A stretch of 50,813 nt of DNA from positions 1 through 50,813 of the forward strand of contig CDMY01000567.1 in the NCBI GenBank assembly GCA_001179505.1, read 5' to 3'. Below the pieces are notes generated by a model that searched no databases, had not been told where the DNA came from, and saw only the letters and a program-made list of their open reading frames with translations. This stretch comes from Vitrella brassicaformis CCMP3155. Lineage: Eukaryota > Protista > Chromerida. The position numbers and the translations under genes were made by a program. Shown piece by piece: positions 1-12,215 of the stretch. Position 1 is the first letter of the stretch. Every line of letters starts with the position of its first letter.

Positions 1-135
1 GGCTGGATGCATTATGCCCTGACCAGGACCGTCCCAAGACTGTGTCTTGTTGGCCTCGGTATATCGGTTTGACTGTCTCTTTTGCCTGTTGCTGTTTGCT
101 TACTGTGTCTGGCTGTGTTGTCGTGTCTGCGCCAG

Positions 136-425
136 AGGCACGGTGACGACTGTGCTGTGGTCTGCTCTTTCTCGTACGTACAAGTCGGGGAGATTGTGCA
201 TACAGGAGGAGGGATCAATCATATGTGTAATGTGCGTGCTGGGTTTGATCTGATGTCTGTGCCATGTGTCTGTTACGTTTCGTTGGGTGTGGGTGGGGGT
301 TGATGCCTGTCTGTTGCCTCTTTGTGTTGGTCGCTTCTTGTCGTATCACCGCATTTCGCGAGACTAATAGCCGCTGCGGGGAGCTGCATGTGTTCCGGCT
401 TAGTGCACCCGTGTACCGCCAGTAG
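136..425 (+). CDS. 3' end of a spliced gene of unknown function (…RHGDDCAVVCSFSRCGELHVFRLSAPVYRQ*)
   Basis: Exons 136-173 and 371-425 join through a phase-2 GT..AG intron to a TAG stop at 423-425. The 5' part lies outside the window. Confidence 0.4.
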
Positions 426-616
426 GCGACTTGGCACAGACCCAGACCCATACGTGCAGTTCGATTCGAGTTAATCGACGTGTGACCGGCTGTGAAGCAC
501 GTCAAAGCAAGATCTACACACGCAAACTTCCACATCCATCGCAACTCATGTCTCGTAGATCTCGCGCGTGTAACTTGGTCTCCGCTCGAGCTTTAACTCC
601 TTTTCGGAGTGGGGAT

Positions 617-2369
617 ATGAGGATAGATTACCCAGGCCTCCTGGGTGCTTGCCTCCTGGCCATTTGCTCGGCAGTCCAAGTAGATCTCTCGTCGGCAGCT
701 TTTCTGCAGCGGAGGCTGCCTGGCGCACATGGCCATGAGCGACGCAGGCGCAAACACGCCTGCAACAGGATGGCATCCTCAACCCTCCCTGACTGTAAGC
801 ACGACAAGCAGTGGCGTGAACGGGTGGACCCATTGTTTCCGCTTTCTCTTGCTGACAGGTCCTCGTACGCTGTGGAGTGACATTGATGTGGATTATCTGA
901 GATCAGGAACGTCAGCACACCCACCATCGGATGCTTCCCTGTGGGACCGGCTGCTCAGCCCGCTCGCCGCTTACCCCTCATCAGCGCATCTGCGAGATGC
1001 GGCTCCCTTCCCTGCCGTCATCGAATCGACAGCCGAGAGGAACACCGAGGGCGCCTCCTTCTTCATGCGCAACCGTGCAGCCATTCTGGAGCAGCTGCGC
1101 AAGAGCGGTGCAGTGTGGCTCCGGGGGTTCGATCTCATGGAGACCGAGTGCGGCTTCCAGGCGATGTATGATGCCCTTGGCCTGGTGCCTTGCCTGGACC
1201 CCATCCACAGCTCTGGCCTGCGCAAGATGGTTGCGCCCAAGCAGGCCGTGTATGAGACCGTCAACAAGCCCTCGCTGTCCAAGCATTATGTTGGGATGCA
1301 CAATGAGTCCACCTTCAAGAAGTCCGCCGTGTTTGGGGCCTTCGTCTGCTTCCGGCCTGCGAGGGAGGGAGGAGAGTTCCTAGTGGCTGATGGAGCGGAG
1401 ATCCTCAGGCGACTTGACCCTGATGTGGTGGCATCTCTGTGCAACAAGAAGATACGCATATCGGTCAGACAGATCTGTCCACAGAGAGAGAGAGAGAGAG
1501 AGAGGGGGAGGGAGGGGTGTCATGCGGTCCGTTTTGTGTGTGTCTGCAACAGGTTACAAATCTGGACTTCCCCTTCCTCTCCAGGCTACCAGCGCCGCTG
1601 CGGACGAGTGTCAAGGGCCTTCTGCAGGACCTCATCTCAAGGCTGGTGGCCCCGAAATTCGACATGGAACTTGAAATGGTACGGCCGCCACACGTGTGGC
1701 GTTGGTTTGGCGGCCTCAGGTCACTGCGTTTCTGCATGCGTGTGTGAAGTACAGGTGTGGGGTGCTGACGGTGTGCCGCATCGATTGCAGGCCATCGAGC
1801 CGATGCAGTCGCCTGTCAACCTGCACCCCATCACCAAGAGGCCCCTCTGGTTCTGCAACATCCACAACCACTCACGCTGGCTCAGGTCAGCACAGCACAG
1901 CCCCCGCACGACAGACAGGCACACAAAGCAAATGACGGCAAAATGCACTGAGATATTTCCCTCTTATCCTCTTTCCCGCTTCCCTTCTGTCAGGGATCGG
2001 CGGCCGTGCACAGTGCCTGAGGTCGGCATGACCGAAGTCTACCACGGCGACCTCTCACCCATCCCTTCCGAGCACGTCGAGCACATCGATAAGGTCACCA
2101 GGGAGTGCATCGTCGAGATACCCATGCAAAAGGGCGACGTCGTGCTGGTCGACAACTACCGGACGCTCCACGGCCGCAACATCTTCGACGGCGAGCGGAT
2201 GCATGCCGTCACGTGGTTCAAGGGCGTCACACCGGGCGAGGGGGCCTACTTCTCGGTGGATACAAAGCGTGATACAGCAAGTGGCGAGGGCGTGCGGGGA
2301 AGCGGCGAGTATGACTTCACGGCTGGCGATCTGCTGAACGAGGCGATCAACAAGTTTTTGGTCAAGTGA
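617..2369 (+). CDS. TauD/TfdA-family Fe(II)/2-oxoglutarate dioxygenase (SyrP-like) with signal peptide plus transit-like leader
   Basis: Five exons (617-794, 859-~1463, 1551-1678, 1756-~1886, 1994-2369) with consistent phases. Motifs: HNE (H-x-E), CFRPAREGGEFLVADG, HPITKRPLWFCN and GDVVLVDNYRTLHGR, which together give the 2-His-1-carboxylate triad and the 2OG-binding Arg. Confidence 0.85.
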
Positions 2370-2820
2370 CTGGTCTATGAAGAACGCCGTGCTGTGCTGC
2401 CGTTTGCGGCTGTGTTTGTGTGTGGTCTGAGGTGTGTGGTCTGAGAATGAAGTCAAGTCTTTTACGCTGACTCTCTTCTTACACTCTGTATGACTGCGTG
2501 TGCTTCGGCGGGGCCTTAGTGCCATCCATATATGGACGACGCCCAAGCACTCGTCATTTTTCACTTTGTGTGGAGATAGATGCATACGTGAGATGCGACA
2601 TTATATCGTGGGGCTCTCCAGTTGACCCCCCCGACCAGCCATTCCCAGGGAAGGACCGCAGCTAAACATACAGAGGAAAAATGTGGAGGATCATCATTCT
2701 GCCTTGACAAACCAGGGAATGCAGCAACACAGCATGCGGGATGGATGAAATCCTCTGAGAGGGTCGCTGCGAGTTGGCTGCGAGCTGAAAAGAAAAAGAA
2801 CCGACGCTGAAGTAGCGGTC

Positions 2821-4926
2821 ATGGCGTCAGACGGCGACTGGTTGGAGGCCATGGTGGCTCAGATGAAGGCGATGGAGCGGCGAATCGATTTGGCCATGCA
2901 GAAGAACACCACTGTCGCCGAGGAGCCGCAGCCTCAGGACCATCGCACTGGCGGGCCGACGACTGCCACTGCTGCGGCCGCTGAGCTCCCGTCGGCATCA
3001 GCCACATCGGCACCCGACAGAACTCACAGGAGCGGACGGCAGGAAGGCGCTGCTTCTGCACACTGTGGACCCATTGGGGGTCCGTCTGACGAGTCAGCCC
3101 CGCTGCCCAAGCGCCAGCAGTCCACTGGGCCGCCCCGCACCCCAAAAGATCCATCGCCATCAACCGAGAAGGCCCCTGCACCTGACGGCGGCGATGGGCG
3201 CGGGAAGGAGCGGCCGCATCGTCAGCGGCACGGACACATCAGACGACCAGCTGCGCCGCCCAAGCGCATGCAGTCTGTTGAGCTGACTAACAGAGAGCAG
3301 CCAGTCGCCCCTTTCGAAGCAGCTGATACCTTCGATGAGACGGCCGCTGCCATCAGCCGGCTGCAGCGTGATATCGCCGCCATGGCCCACGAGCACCAGG
3401 CGGCTATCGGGATCGACGACACTGGGGCTGGTAGGGGGGAGGACAGTCATGTGGGCGCCTCTGATGTGCGGGTCGTCGAAAGCCCCAGACCGCCCGTTGC
3501 CCGAGCTCCAAACCCACCAAGGTGGAGACGATAGAAGAAAGAGCCGGCACACGAAGTGTTCACATGTCTGGATGTGAGTGTGTTTGCTTGCCTCAGGGAA
3601 AGTCAGTCTGCTGTGGAGCGCTCATTGCCGTCGACCACTCAGCTGCTTTACCAGGTGCCGGACGGCCATTGGGTCTCGCGGGCTCAGTACGAGTGGTCGG
3701 GGGCCGCCGCCGACGCCGTCCTCAGACCCGCCCAAGACACGCAAGACAAGAAGCAGCACCCCCACCCCCACCAGCCCCACCGCACAGCCACTAGCAATCG
3801 CACGGCGGCCTACGACCAGGAGCCGATCTGCGAGAGGGCCCCGCCGTCCTTTGTGCCGCCGGTCGATCCGCACCACGCCCGGCATGAGAGGGGCCGGCAG
3901 CTGGCCGGCAGTCAGATGAAGGCACTCATGCGCGACAATGATGCGGCTCGTGGTGGCGGCTCGTCGGGCCAGCAGAGGGGCGCCGGCAGCAAACTCGTGT
4001 CGTCCACGGCGGCGAGTGCTCGTGGAGGGGCGGCTGGACTGGTAACTGACCAGCAGGCCGGGTGCGTTGTCAATCTGGCGCAGACTCACCTCTTTACCAC
4101 TATGGAGGGTGAGGCCTCATAGCGGCATTTCTACAACAGGGGATCAAATCACGAGGCTTCTACGTACGTATGGTATGTGTGTATCGTTCAGATGTGTCTC
4201 GCAGGCTGGTGGATGTGTCCCGTACGTTGAGGGATGGCCGCTGGCACCATGACGGACGCCAGGAACACCAGCCAGGCTTCCACCGGTGGGTGGGCAAGGG
4301 ACGGACACCTTGGGCACACATGGACTGACTGCAGGACTGCCTGCCTGCCTGCCCTCATGTCCATTCATCTCAGGACGTCTATCCATCGTATCTTCGAGCA
4401 GGAGAATCGACCCCTCGCCGCCCGCCCCAGCTCACACCCAGGCCCTCTCAGCGCCGACCACCGGCAGAGCAGCCCCGAGCCGTCCGACTACCCCAACTCA
4501 CACGCCGAGACAACCAACCCGGCCGTCCCCCCGCTACTGCCCCTCTCGCCGCCGAATGCTGGGCAGGAAGATGCAGGCGAGATCCAGCATAAGGCGGCCC
4601 ATCAGACGAGCGAGAGCGGCGTCGGTCGTCAACCGGCAAGGAGGGGCGACGGGCTGCGGGAGAAGCGCAACTTCATCCGCGAGAATGCGCTAGCGGTCAT
4701 TGGCACACGGAGGGCGCCTAAGGGCGGTCGGGGCAGCAGGAGGGTGGTCCCCGGAGTGCCGAATGGGAGGACGCAGGCGCAACATGCACAGCGAGGTGCC
4801 GACAGAGAGGGAGGGAAGGGACCTGCGCGTTGTCTACTGATCTCTTTGTCTCCTTTGTGTGTGTGTTCAGGGGTTTCATCTGTCCAGCGGCAATCAGCAG
4901 GCCAGGCCGATCGGACGACAGTGTAG
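2821..4926 (+). CDS. Low-complexity hypothetical protein, paralog A of an inverted pair
   Basis: Exons 2821-3521, 3597-4061, 4140-4163, ~4204-4283, 4373-~4795 and 4871-4926 are phase-compatible. The first two exons are near-identical to the reverse complement of ~13000-14430. Exons after 4061 are less certain. Confidence 0.6.
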
Positions 4927-5221
4927 ATACAACTTCCAGGCGGTGCCTGGCTGTGCCTGGATGCAGAGGAATGTGACAAGGAGGAGCAGAGGCGGGACCG
5001 CCTTCGCTCCTTTCTCTCGCCATCTGGATCGATGTCAGCTGCGCCACCATGTTCCAGCAGTGGAGGGGGTGGGGGTGGGGGTGGATGTTGTATCTATAGG
5101 AGAATGGACACGTCTAGCATGTGTAGCGGGCATAGACTTGACCCGGAACGGATCAATCAATCATGAATGCCTATGTATGTGTCCATCCTATCTATCTCAC
5201 TCGACAGACACCGTCAGTCAG

Positions 5222-7067
5222 TCAATCGAACGTCACGTCAGCCACGAACGGGTCCAGGAGGCGGCATAGGTCCGCCACCGACAGCAACAGCTTCAGATCG
5301 ACCTCACCACCCCCCAGCCACAGAACAGGCGGCCTCAGCTGCATGATGCGACGCGACACGATCACAGGGATGCTGCACACACACATGCACACAGAGACAC
5401 AACCAGGCAGGGAGAGAAGCCTCAGTGCAATGCAGTTTGTGTGTGTGGTGATGTCGGCCATGCTTACGGGTGCTGCATGACGAATGGTGTGGTTGCGTTG
5501 CGCACATAGCCCGTTAGCTTGGCCGCCACCTAAGTCACAGCCGGCCAGGCCACATCAGACTGACGTGTAGTATTAATCGGCTAGTGCAGTGCATGGAGCG
5601 AATGTTGTTTGTCCCACCTCTTCGTCGGCAAAGACAAAGTTGAGCCGCTTGTTGCCCATCTCGCCTGCAGGCAGGCAGGCAGGCAGGCAGGCAATGACGT
5701 GCAAGGATGACAAGACAAACAAGGGTCACAAGTCGCATCATCACTGTGTGGCACCTAGCGACCCTAGCCTACCTGGCGGGTGCATCGATTTGACGAAGTC
5801 CTTGACCCTACCCTTGTTCAGCTTGGCCGTGTACTGGATGACCACGGCATAGAATCGACTGTTCTTCGCGTCATCCACACCTGCACAAAAGCCGGAAACG
5901 AACACACAAATGCCATCATTCCGTCCGTCAGTCAGGACAAGTCTTACCGGCATGGTGTGAGTTCTCGATTATGACGGTCTTGCAGAGGTGGTCGACGGAC
6001 GGTGCGCTCAGGCAGTCTGCCCGCCACTGCAAAGGTTGGTCGTAGTAGAAAGGCGGCACACGGCGCAGCTCACATGATACCCCCTCAGCAGCGAAGTATC
6101 CCTCCAGCCTCTCTTGGACGGCACTCTTCGCCACACTAACAGAAGGCACGTTTGCCGTCGTCCCGCCCTCCTCTGTCGTCCCACAGACGGCAGACGACCA
6201 GCTCTCGATGGCCCTCTTGACCGTCGGATGCTCGTGAATGGCCTCCAGCCACTGACCCAGCCCGTCGACCGATGACGACTCAAAAACGCCGTCATCGTCC
6301 AGCGCAGAGGGCCAGCTGCGGAGCACGACGAAGAAGGGCGCAAACACGAACAGGTCCGAGAGGTTGAGGGATGGTGATGACGCAAGGGGGGCGGCCGTGG
6401 GGGGATGCATGTCGGCCAGACGCGCCAGGTGTTGGTCGAGCAGCCGCTGTCCCAAATACGTGCTCTCAGCTGCCTCGAGGGCGCGAAGCAGGGCACGGAA
6501 GCGGCCCCGGTTGTCTGGCCGACTCTGCATGGACTTGCCGCTTGCGATCTCCCGGGCCGCCCTTAGAATCTTCATCAGATAAGGCTGCAGCACGCCGACT
6601 GACCACTCCATGACCTCCATCTCTCTCGCAGCATCATCCGCGGGTGGAATGCGGCCGCCGTCGAGGCCATTGAGCCTCTGACACACCAGCGCCAGGCTTA
6701 CATCGTCCCAGATCTGGATGACCGGGTGCCGCATCTCATAGCGCGATGCTGGAGGGCTCTTCTTGTGGGCGAGGGAGCAGATGTGAGCACTGAGGGCGGT
6801 GAATGCATCAAAGACAGTAGTAACGAAGCTGGTGGCGGGAATGTGGATGCCGTAGAGATGCGCCGCAGCAAGGCCCCGAAATAGCTTCAGCAGGGCTGTT
6901 GACTGCTCCAGGGCGCCTGCTGGCATCGCCTCATCCATCCCGAGATTTGCAAGCTCATTTGCGAGCTGAGATTGCGGACTTTCCGACGACAAAAGGAACG
7001 AAGGAGTCGTTGAGAAAACCGCATAGTACAGGTTGGCGAGCGCAGAACACGAAGAGATCCAGTGCAT
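5222..7067 (-). CDS. GST C-terminal-like domain fused to a YbaK/ProX-type aminoacyl-tRNA deacylase domain
   Basis: Spliced C-terminus ELRRVPPFYYDQPLQWRADCLSAPSVDHLCKTVIIEN…RFYAVVIQYTAKLN…KRLNFVFADEE…KLTGYVRNATTPF…IPVIVSRRIMQL…WLGGGEVDLKL matches the plant/algal YbaK-domain pattern. Upstream SLNLSDLFVFAPFF…LGQWLEAIHEHPTVKRA resembles GST-C. The true start may be the ATG at 6938. Confidence 0.8.
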
Positions 7068-7146
7068 CGATGTTCGCTGTGCCTGTTTCGTTGTGCCTTT
7101 CAGCGTCTTGGCATTTCATTGATTCGGCGTTGCTTCACATGGTTGG

Positions 7147-10100
7147 ATGTCCCGCTGGCGTATAGTCGCCCGCCTGCTGGTGCCCTGGTGGGAAAATCAT
7201 GGCGACCAGAGCCCTTCGCAAGACGGCGGCTCAACCGCACAAATCGCCATATCAGACCCCATCTCGCTCGAGGAATACAGAAGCAGAAACATCATACAGG
7301 CGAGAAGAAAGACTGCAATGACAGGCGGAAAGGAATGACGGCACTCATTGCTTGCTTGTGATTGTCGGAATCCATCTCCGTCTGTGTGGTGTTTGATTGC
7401 GTGTGTGGGGGTCAGGCTGATGCGGGTCTACTGGATTTCTTCCGCACGCTGACCAAGGGCAAGGACAGGCTAGACCAGGACTCTATCAGGGACGCAATCG
7501 CTGAGGTCAGCCAACCAACCACTGATGAAACAGCCATCCTGGAGGTCTTGTGGCCATGAGTGATGCTTGTCTTCCTTTCGTTGGATTGTCATCAGAGGGG
7601 CATCAGCGGCCCGCGAGCGACGCAGTGTGCCGCTGAGATCCTGCGGAAAAGCGACCGTGACAGTAAGAAGGAAGCGCACACACCAGCACAGCACGGCAGC
7701 AGTGCATTGCATTGGATTGGTCTGTGCTTCATTCAGGTGACGGTGCGCTCAACTTCAATGAGTTCACTGACTTTGTGTTCCGTCGGCGGCGGGCACTGCT
7801 GGAGCTCTTCGAGCAGGTCGACCGCGACAAAAACAACAGGTCAGTCAGTGTGTATGAGTAGACAGACACAATGAACGAACGGTCAGCATGACATCGATTT
7901 GATGGATGGTATGTGGTGTGTTGCACTGCAGGATCGACTTGCACGAGGCTCGGATCGGTCTCAGGAAGGCGGGGCTGTCGGAGCTCGACGCATCGGACCT
8001 CTTCTCATTCGGGCTGTACAGAGATGAAAAGGAATACGTACGTGAGCAAACGGAACAGATCCATGCGATTCCGTGCCTTGCTGATGTGTCGCTGCCGTGT
8101 GTCTGTGTGTCTGTGTGTCTGTCAGTCGATTGCGTATGCCGAGTGGGAGAGATCGCTGCTGTTCCTGCCCATCTCGAGAAGGTCAGTCAGCAAGGCTGGC
8201 TGACGCATCGCATCGATGCGTCGATGGGATGGACATGGCTCACGCAATGCAATCGTGCGTACTCTGGCTTTGCTCTGCTCTGCTCAGTCACACGCTTTTC
8301 GAGTCATGGGAGCGGACAACATTCAACATCTTCGAGGAAGAAAAGGTAAGAATACAACACACAAAACACAACACACTGACCCAACATCCCTCTCCCTCTT
8401 AACACATACCATACCGCCCTCCCTGCGCGACTGTGTATCTGTCTATCTGTCTGTCTGTCTGTCCATCTGTTTGTCTGTAGGAGGGTGTCCCTCCCTCTGT
8501 ATGCCCCCCTCCCACCCGGAGACCCCCTCGCTTGCTTGAGGCACCACCAGCAGCACCAACACCACCCACAGCCATCCCCGGACCAGCACCATCACCAGCA
8601 CCCGCGTTGCGAGTGCCCCCTCCAGTGGCTCGTCCCCCTCCCTCTCCCCCTCCCCCAGTGCCCCCAGTGCCGCGTCCACCTCTCGTGTCGCCCCCCGTGT
8701 CGCCCCCCGTCCCGCCCCCAATTGTCAGGGAAGAGTGGCGGCCGCCACCTCCACCACCATGGATGCGCTGGCAGGCGTGGGAAACCGGGCTGAGGGGGGC
8801 GCTGGCCATACCTGGCTTCCTGCATTTCGTTTCGGGGGGGGTCGCTGGTGAGCTGCCCGAAGACGGCAAGGCGTCAGAGTTCTCGATCTGTTGGGCTTGT
8901 GGGTTTGTGTGTGTGCAGGGATATGTTCGCGGACAGCGACTGCGCCGCTGGATCGCGTCAAGGTGCTGATGCAGATCACCCGGTCGCAGGGGCGTGTGGG
9001 CATCGGTCCCACCTTCGTGAGGATCTATCGGGACGGCGGGCTCCTGGGCTTCTTCAGGGGCAACGGCACCAACTGCATCAAAATCGCACCCGAATCAGCC
9101 GTCAAGTTCTTCGCGTAAGAAGCCTTAGCGACAGACAGACCGGGCACCCACAGCCACACGAGTGCCTCTGTATGTCTGTTTGTTTCTTTAAATGTCTCCT
9201 GTGCTGCTGCAGGTACGATTTCTTCAAGCGGCAGATTGTGAAGCTGCACCCAAGGAATGCCCACGTAGCCAGTGAGAACAACGAGGTGCACATGGACGAC
9301 GCGTCCGACGAGGCGTCAGCCCTCGGCCTGGCGCACCAGAAGGCTGCGGCGCGCGAGAGCCTACAGGACGTCAAGAACCTCAGCATGGTGGAGAAGTTCG
9401 TGGCGGGGGGCTCAGCCGGGTGAGTTTGACCCACACACACCACACATCACACTTACAGGCAGACGGTTTTGCCTTCCTGCAATGCATGTGTCGTCCGTTC
9501 CTCGCTGCGTGTGTGACCCCCAGGGCTGTGGCTCAGTTTGCGATATACCCGATGGAGGTGGTCAAGACGCGGCTGGCGGCGGCCGCTGCAGGTACCTACA
9601 AAGGCATCGCCGACTGCCTGGCAGAGACGTACAGAATCGAAGGTACGTTAGCTTTCCTTCTGTTAGTTGTGTCTGCTGAAGCATCGGATCCACTCATCGA
9701 TGTGTCGTGCAGGCTACCGTGGGTTGTATCGCGGGCTGACCCCCTCGCTCCTGGGCATCGTGCCCTACGCCGGCATCGACCTGGCCTGCTTCGAGACCCT
9801 CAAGAACCTCTGGTCCAGAATGCACGGTAGGTCTGGTTAAACCAGACACCAAAGTCAGCGCACTGCACTTGTGCGGTGCGGGCGATCGGTGTATGGGTGT
9901 GTGTTCAATGATGCCATGCAGCGTATGATTCCGATGTCGAGCCTGGCGTGGAGGTGCTGCTGGCCTGCGGGGCGCTCTCCAGCATGTTCGGGCAGCTTGT
10001 CTCATACCCTATCGGTATGTCGTAAACGATCCAATCCACACACACCACCAGCAGCACGTCCGTCACACAACAACCTGCTGGTTTTGTTGTGTGTATGTGG

Positions 10101-10521
10101 GGCGGGTGTGTGTCAGCATTGACACGGACCCGTCTGCAGGCGGACGGAATGCGGGGCACACAGCCGCGATACACATGTAAGAACCACTCGATTGCAGCAT
10201 GCAAAGCGTGTTCATATCATTGATTAGCTGAGTGGCTACATACGTGTGCATGTCATGTGTGTCACACAGCGATGGTTGATGTGATCCAGAAGGTGGTGAG
10301 TGAGGAGGGCGTGTTGGCTTTGTGGCGCGGTATCGGGCCAAACATGATGAAGGCCGTCCCTGCCGTCTCCATCAGCTGGGCCGTCTATGAACTCACCAAA
10401 AACAAACTCAGGTGCGGTGCCTACAAGCTGTTCGCGCATCATGAGATCCGGTCATATGGCGGACGGGACGGCTGGTGTTGTGTTGTTGGTTTGCAGGCGG
10501 TATGCCCTGGACGAGAGCTGA
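7147..10521 (+). CDS. SCaMC: Calcium-binding mitochondrial carrier (SCaMC/APC, ATP-Mg/Pi carrier, SLC25A23/24/25-like)
   Basis: About 15 exons. EF-hands [13 protein letters not shown] and DRDKNNRIDLHE. Carrier signatures [63 protein letters not shown] and [24 protein letters not shown]. Confidence 0.93.
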
Positions 10522-11134
10522 CACGTGCGTGGCGGGATGGATGGATGGGCGGCGATTGTGGTCGTGTGTGGAGTTGTCGAGTGAGTGCGTCCACGAGTGT
10601 TTTTGAGTTGGGATGGGCCGTGTGTGAGTTGTGTAGCTACCGTACGTGCGAAAGTGTCTGTGAGTAAGTGCGGTGCGCAGCGATGTCTGTGAGCGTCTGT
10701 CTATTTGTGTGTATGTGAGAGCGGCTCCGTGCGTCATCCATCGTATCCTGGACGTTTTGAGCCTTGATTAAGTCATCATATCATGCGCTGCCTCCCCCCC
10801 TGTGGGTTCTAGCTATCACGTCACCGCACCCGCAGTCGTCCGTCAGGATGAGTCCCCTCAATCTATCATGTCTGTCTGGTGGTGATGCACCCCGCCGCTA
10901 TCATCTTGCATCGCATCGCATCGCAACACCCCTCCCCTACACCGAACACAAGCCACGCGAAAAGAAACCCTCTTGGACCCTTCCTATCGGCAGCCAGACA
11001 GACAGATAGATGTTCGATCGCGACTAGCTAGTGTACAGGCAGGCAGGCAGCTAGGCAGTCAGAGAAAGCAAGAGGCAAACCAGGCTCTTGCTTTGTATCA
11101 ATTAGGGATGCAGGTGCGTCTTTGAGGGGGGGGG

Positions 11135-11433
11135 NNNNNNNNNNNNNNNNNNNNNNNNNNNNNNNNNNNNNNNNNNNNNNNNNNNNNNNNNNNNNNNNNN
11201 NNNNNNNNNNNNNNNNNNNNNNNNNNNNNNNNNNNNNNNNNNNNNNNNNNNNNNNNNNNNNNNNNNNNNNNNNNNNNNNNNNNNNNNNNNNNNNNNNNNN
11301 NNNNNNNNNNNNNNNNNNNNNNNNNNNNNNNNNNNNNNNNNNNNNNNNNNNNNNNNNNNNNNNNNNNNNNNNNNNNNNNNNNNNNNNNNNNNNNNNNNNN
11401 NNNNNNNNNNNNNNNNNNNNNNNNNNNNNNNNN
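11135..11433. other. Assembly gap (N-run) flanked by poly-G
   Basis: 299 N with G-runs on both sides. Confidence 0.99.
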
Positions 11434-11781
11434 NGGGGGGGGGGATGGGAACGAGTCTGTCTGTCTGTCTGTCTGTCCATCTGCGCTACACATGCGTGTG
11501 GGTCGCCCTCTATCATCACGGGCCGGGCACATACCGACAGACAGCAGAGGCAGACCAGCGAACCAAAGAGCAAATAGTCACAACAGTCGAGAGCGGCCAG
11601 CCATACCGTCGTGTGTATGCATGGTATGACCCGACCCGACTCATACATACAGTCCGCGTCTGTATGTATGAGATGTTCATCAGCCGACCGTCCAGTCCAC
11701 TGCTCGCCCAGCCCACACTGAGGCAGGCAGGCAGGCAGGCAGGGAGACGGGGCGAGTTCGATTGGTCTTGCTTGCGTCACT

Positions 11782-12090
11782 TCAGTGCTCCCGACGTCCA
11801 GCACCACCACCGCGACGGTCTGCCAGGCGTGAACACACAAATGAACACCATAGTAAGGTATGGTCACCCCTGCACGTGTCGACCATACCTGAGTCCACCG
11901 CGCCCTTGACATTGGCGAATCTCGGCATTTTCCAGTCACTCGACTGGCCCGCGATCCTCTCGGCGGCCTCACGAAAGGCCTTGCCTATGGCATCCTGTTC
12001 ACGGAGCCGCCGGATGTTGTCTCTCGTGTGATCCCTGGACTTGACGCCTCGTGCACCACTGTGGGGGGCAGGCTGCAGGAGAGAGGCCAT
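11782..12090 (-). CDS. Short or truncated protein resembling the N-terminus of enkurin-domain (ENKD1-like) proteins
   Basis: MASLLQPAPHSGARGVKSRDHTRDNIRRLREQ…DWKMPRFANVKGAVDS ends at a GTATGG donor near 11889. The best next exon stops at 11782, and no enkurin domain is visible before the gap. Confidence 0.45.
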   Translation of the reverse strand: MASLLQPAPHSGARGVKSRDHTRDNIRRLREQDAIGKAFREAAERIAGQSSDWKMPRFANVKGAVDSGMVDTCRGDHTLLWCSFVCSRLADRRGGGAGRREH

Positions 12091-12215
12091 AGCGCGGTAC
12101 TGGGACGCTGGGGTGGCTCTGGGCGGCAACCTGGTGGCGGCATAAACAACCACACACACAAAGATGTCATCAATCCTCGTGTGTTGACTTGATATCAAAA
12201 TGCTTTTCGCTTCGC

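Noticed and set aside
729-2369. 546-aa single ORF from the track
   Set aside because: It reads through introns by chance (RERERERGREG, VCVC stretches). The spliced model starting at 617 fits the domain better.
5163-5480. Plus-strand ORFs as a continuation of paralog A
   Set aside because: They are antisense to the last YbaK exons (IPVIVSRR…WLGGGEVDLKL), which are clearly the coding strand.
11125-11443. Poly-G tracts as G-quadruplex or regulatory elements
   Set aside because: They border an N gap and are typical of short-read dropout, so their length is unknown.
11782-12090. Idea that an enkurin gene was split by inversion between the inverted paralogs
   Set aside because: The two enkurin-like motifs lie on opposite strands inside the invertible block, so inversion would not bring them into one gene.
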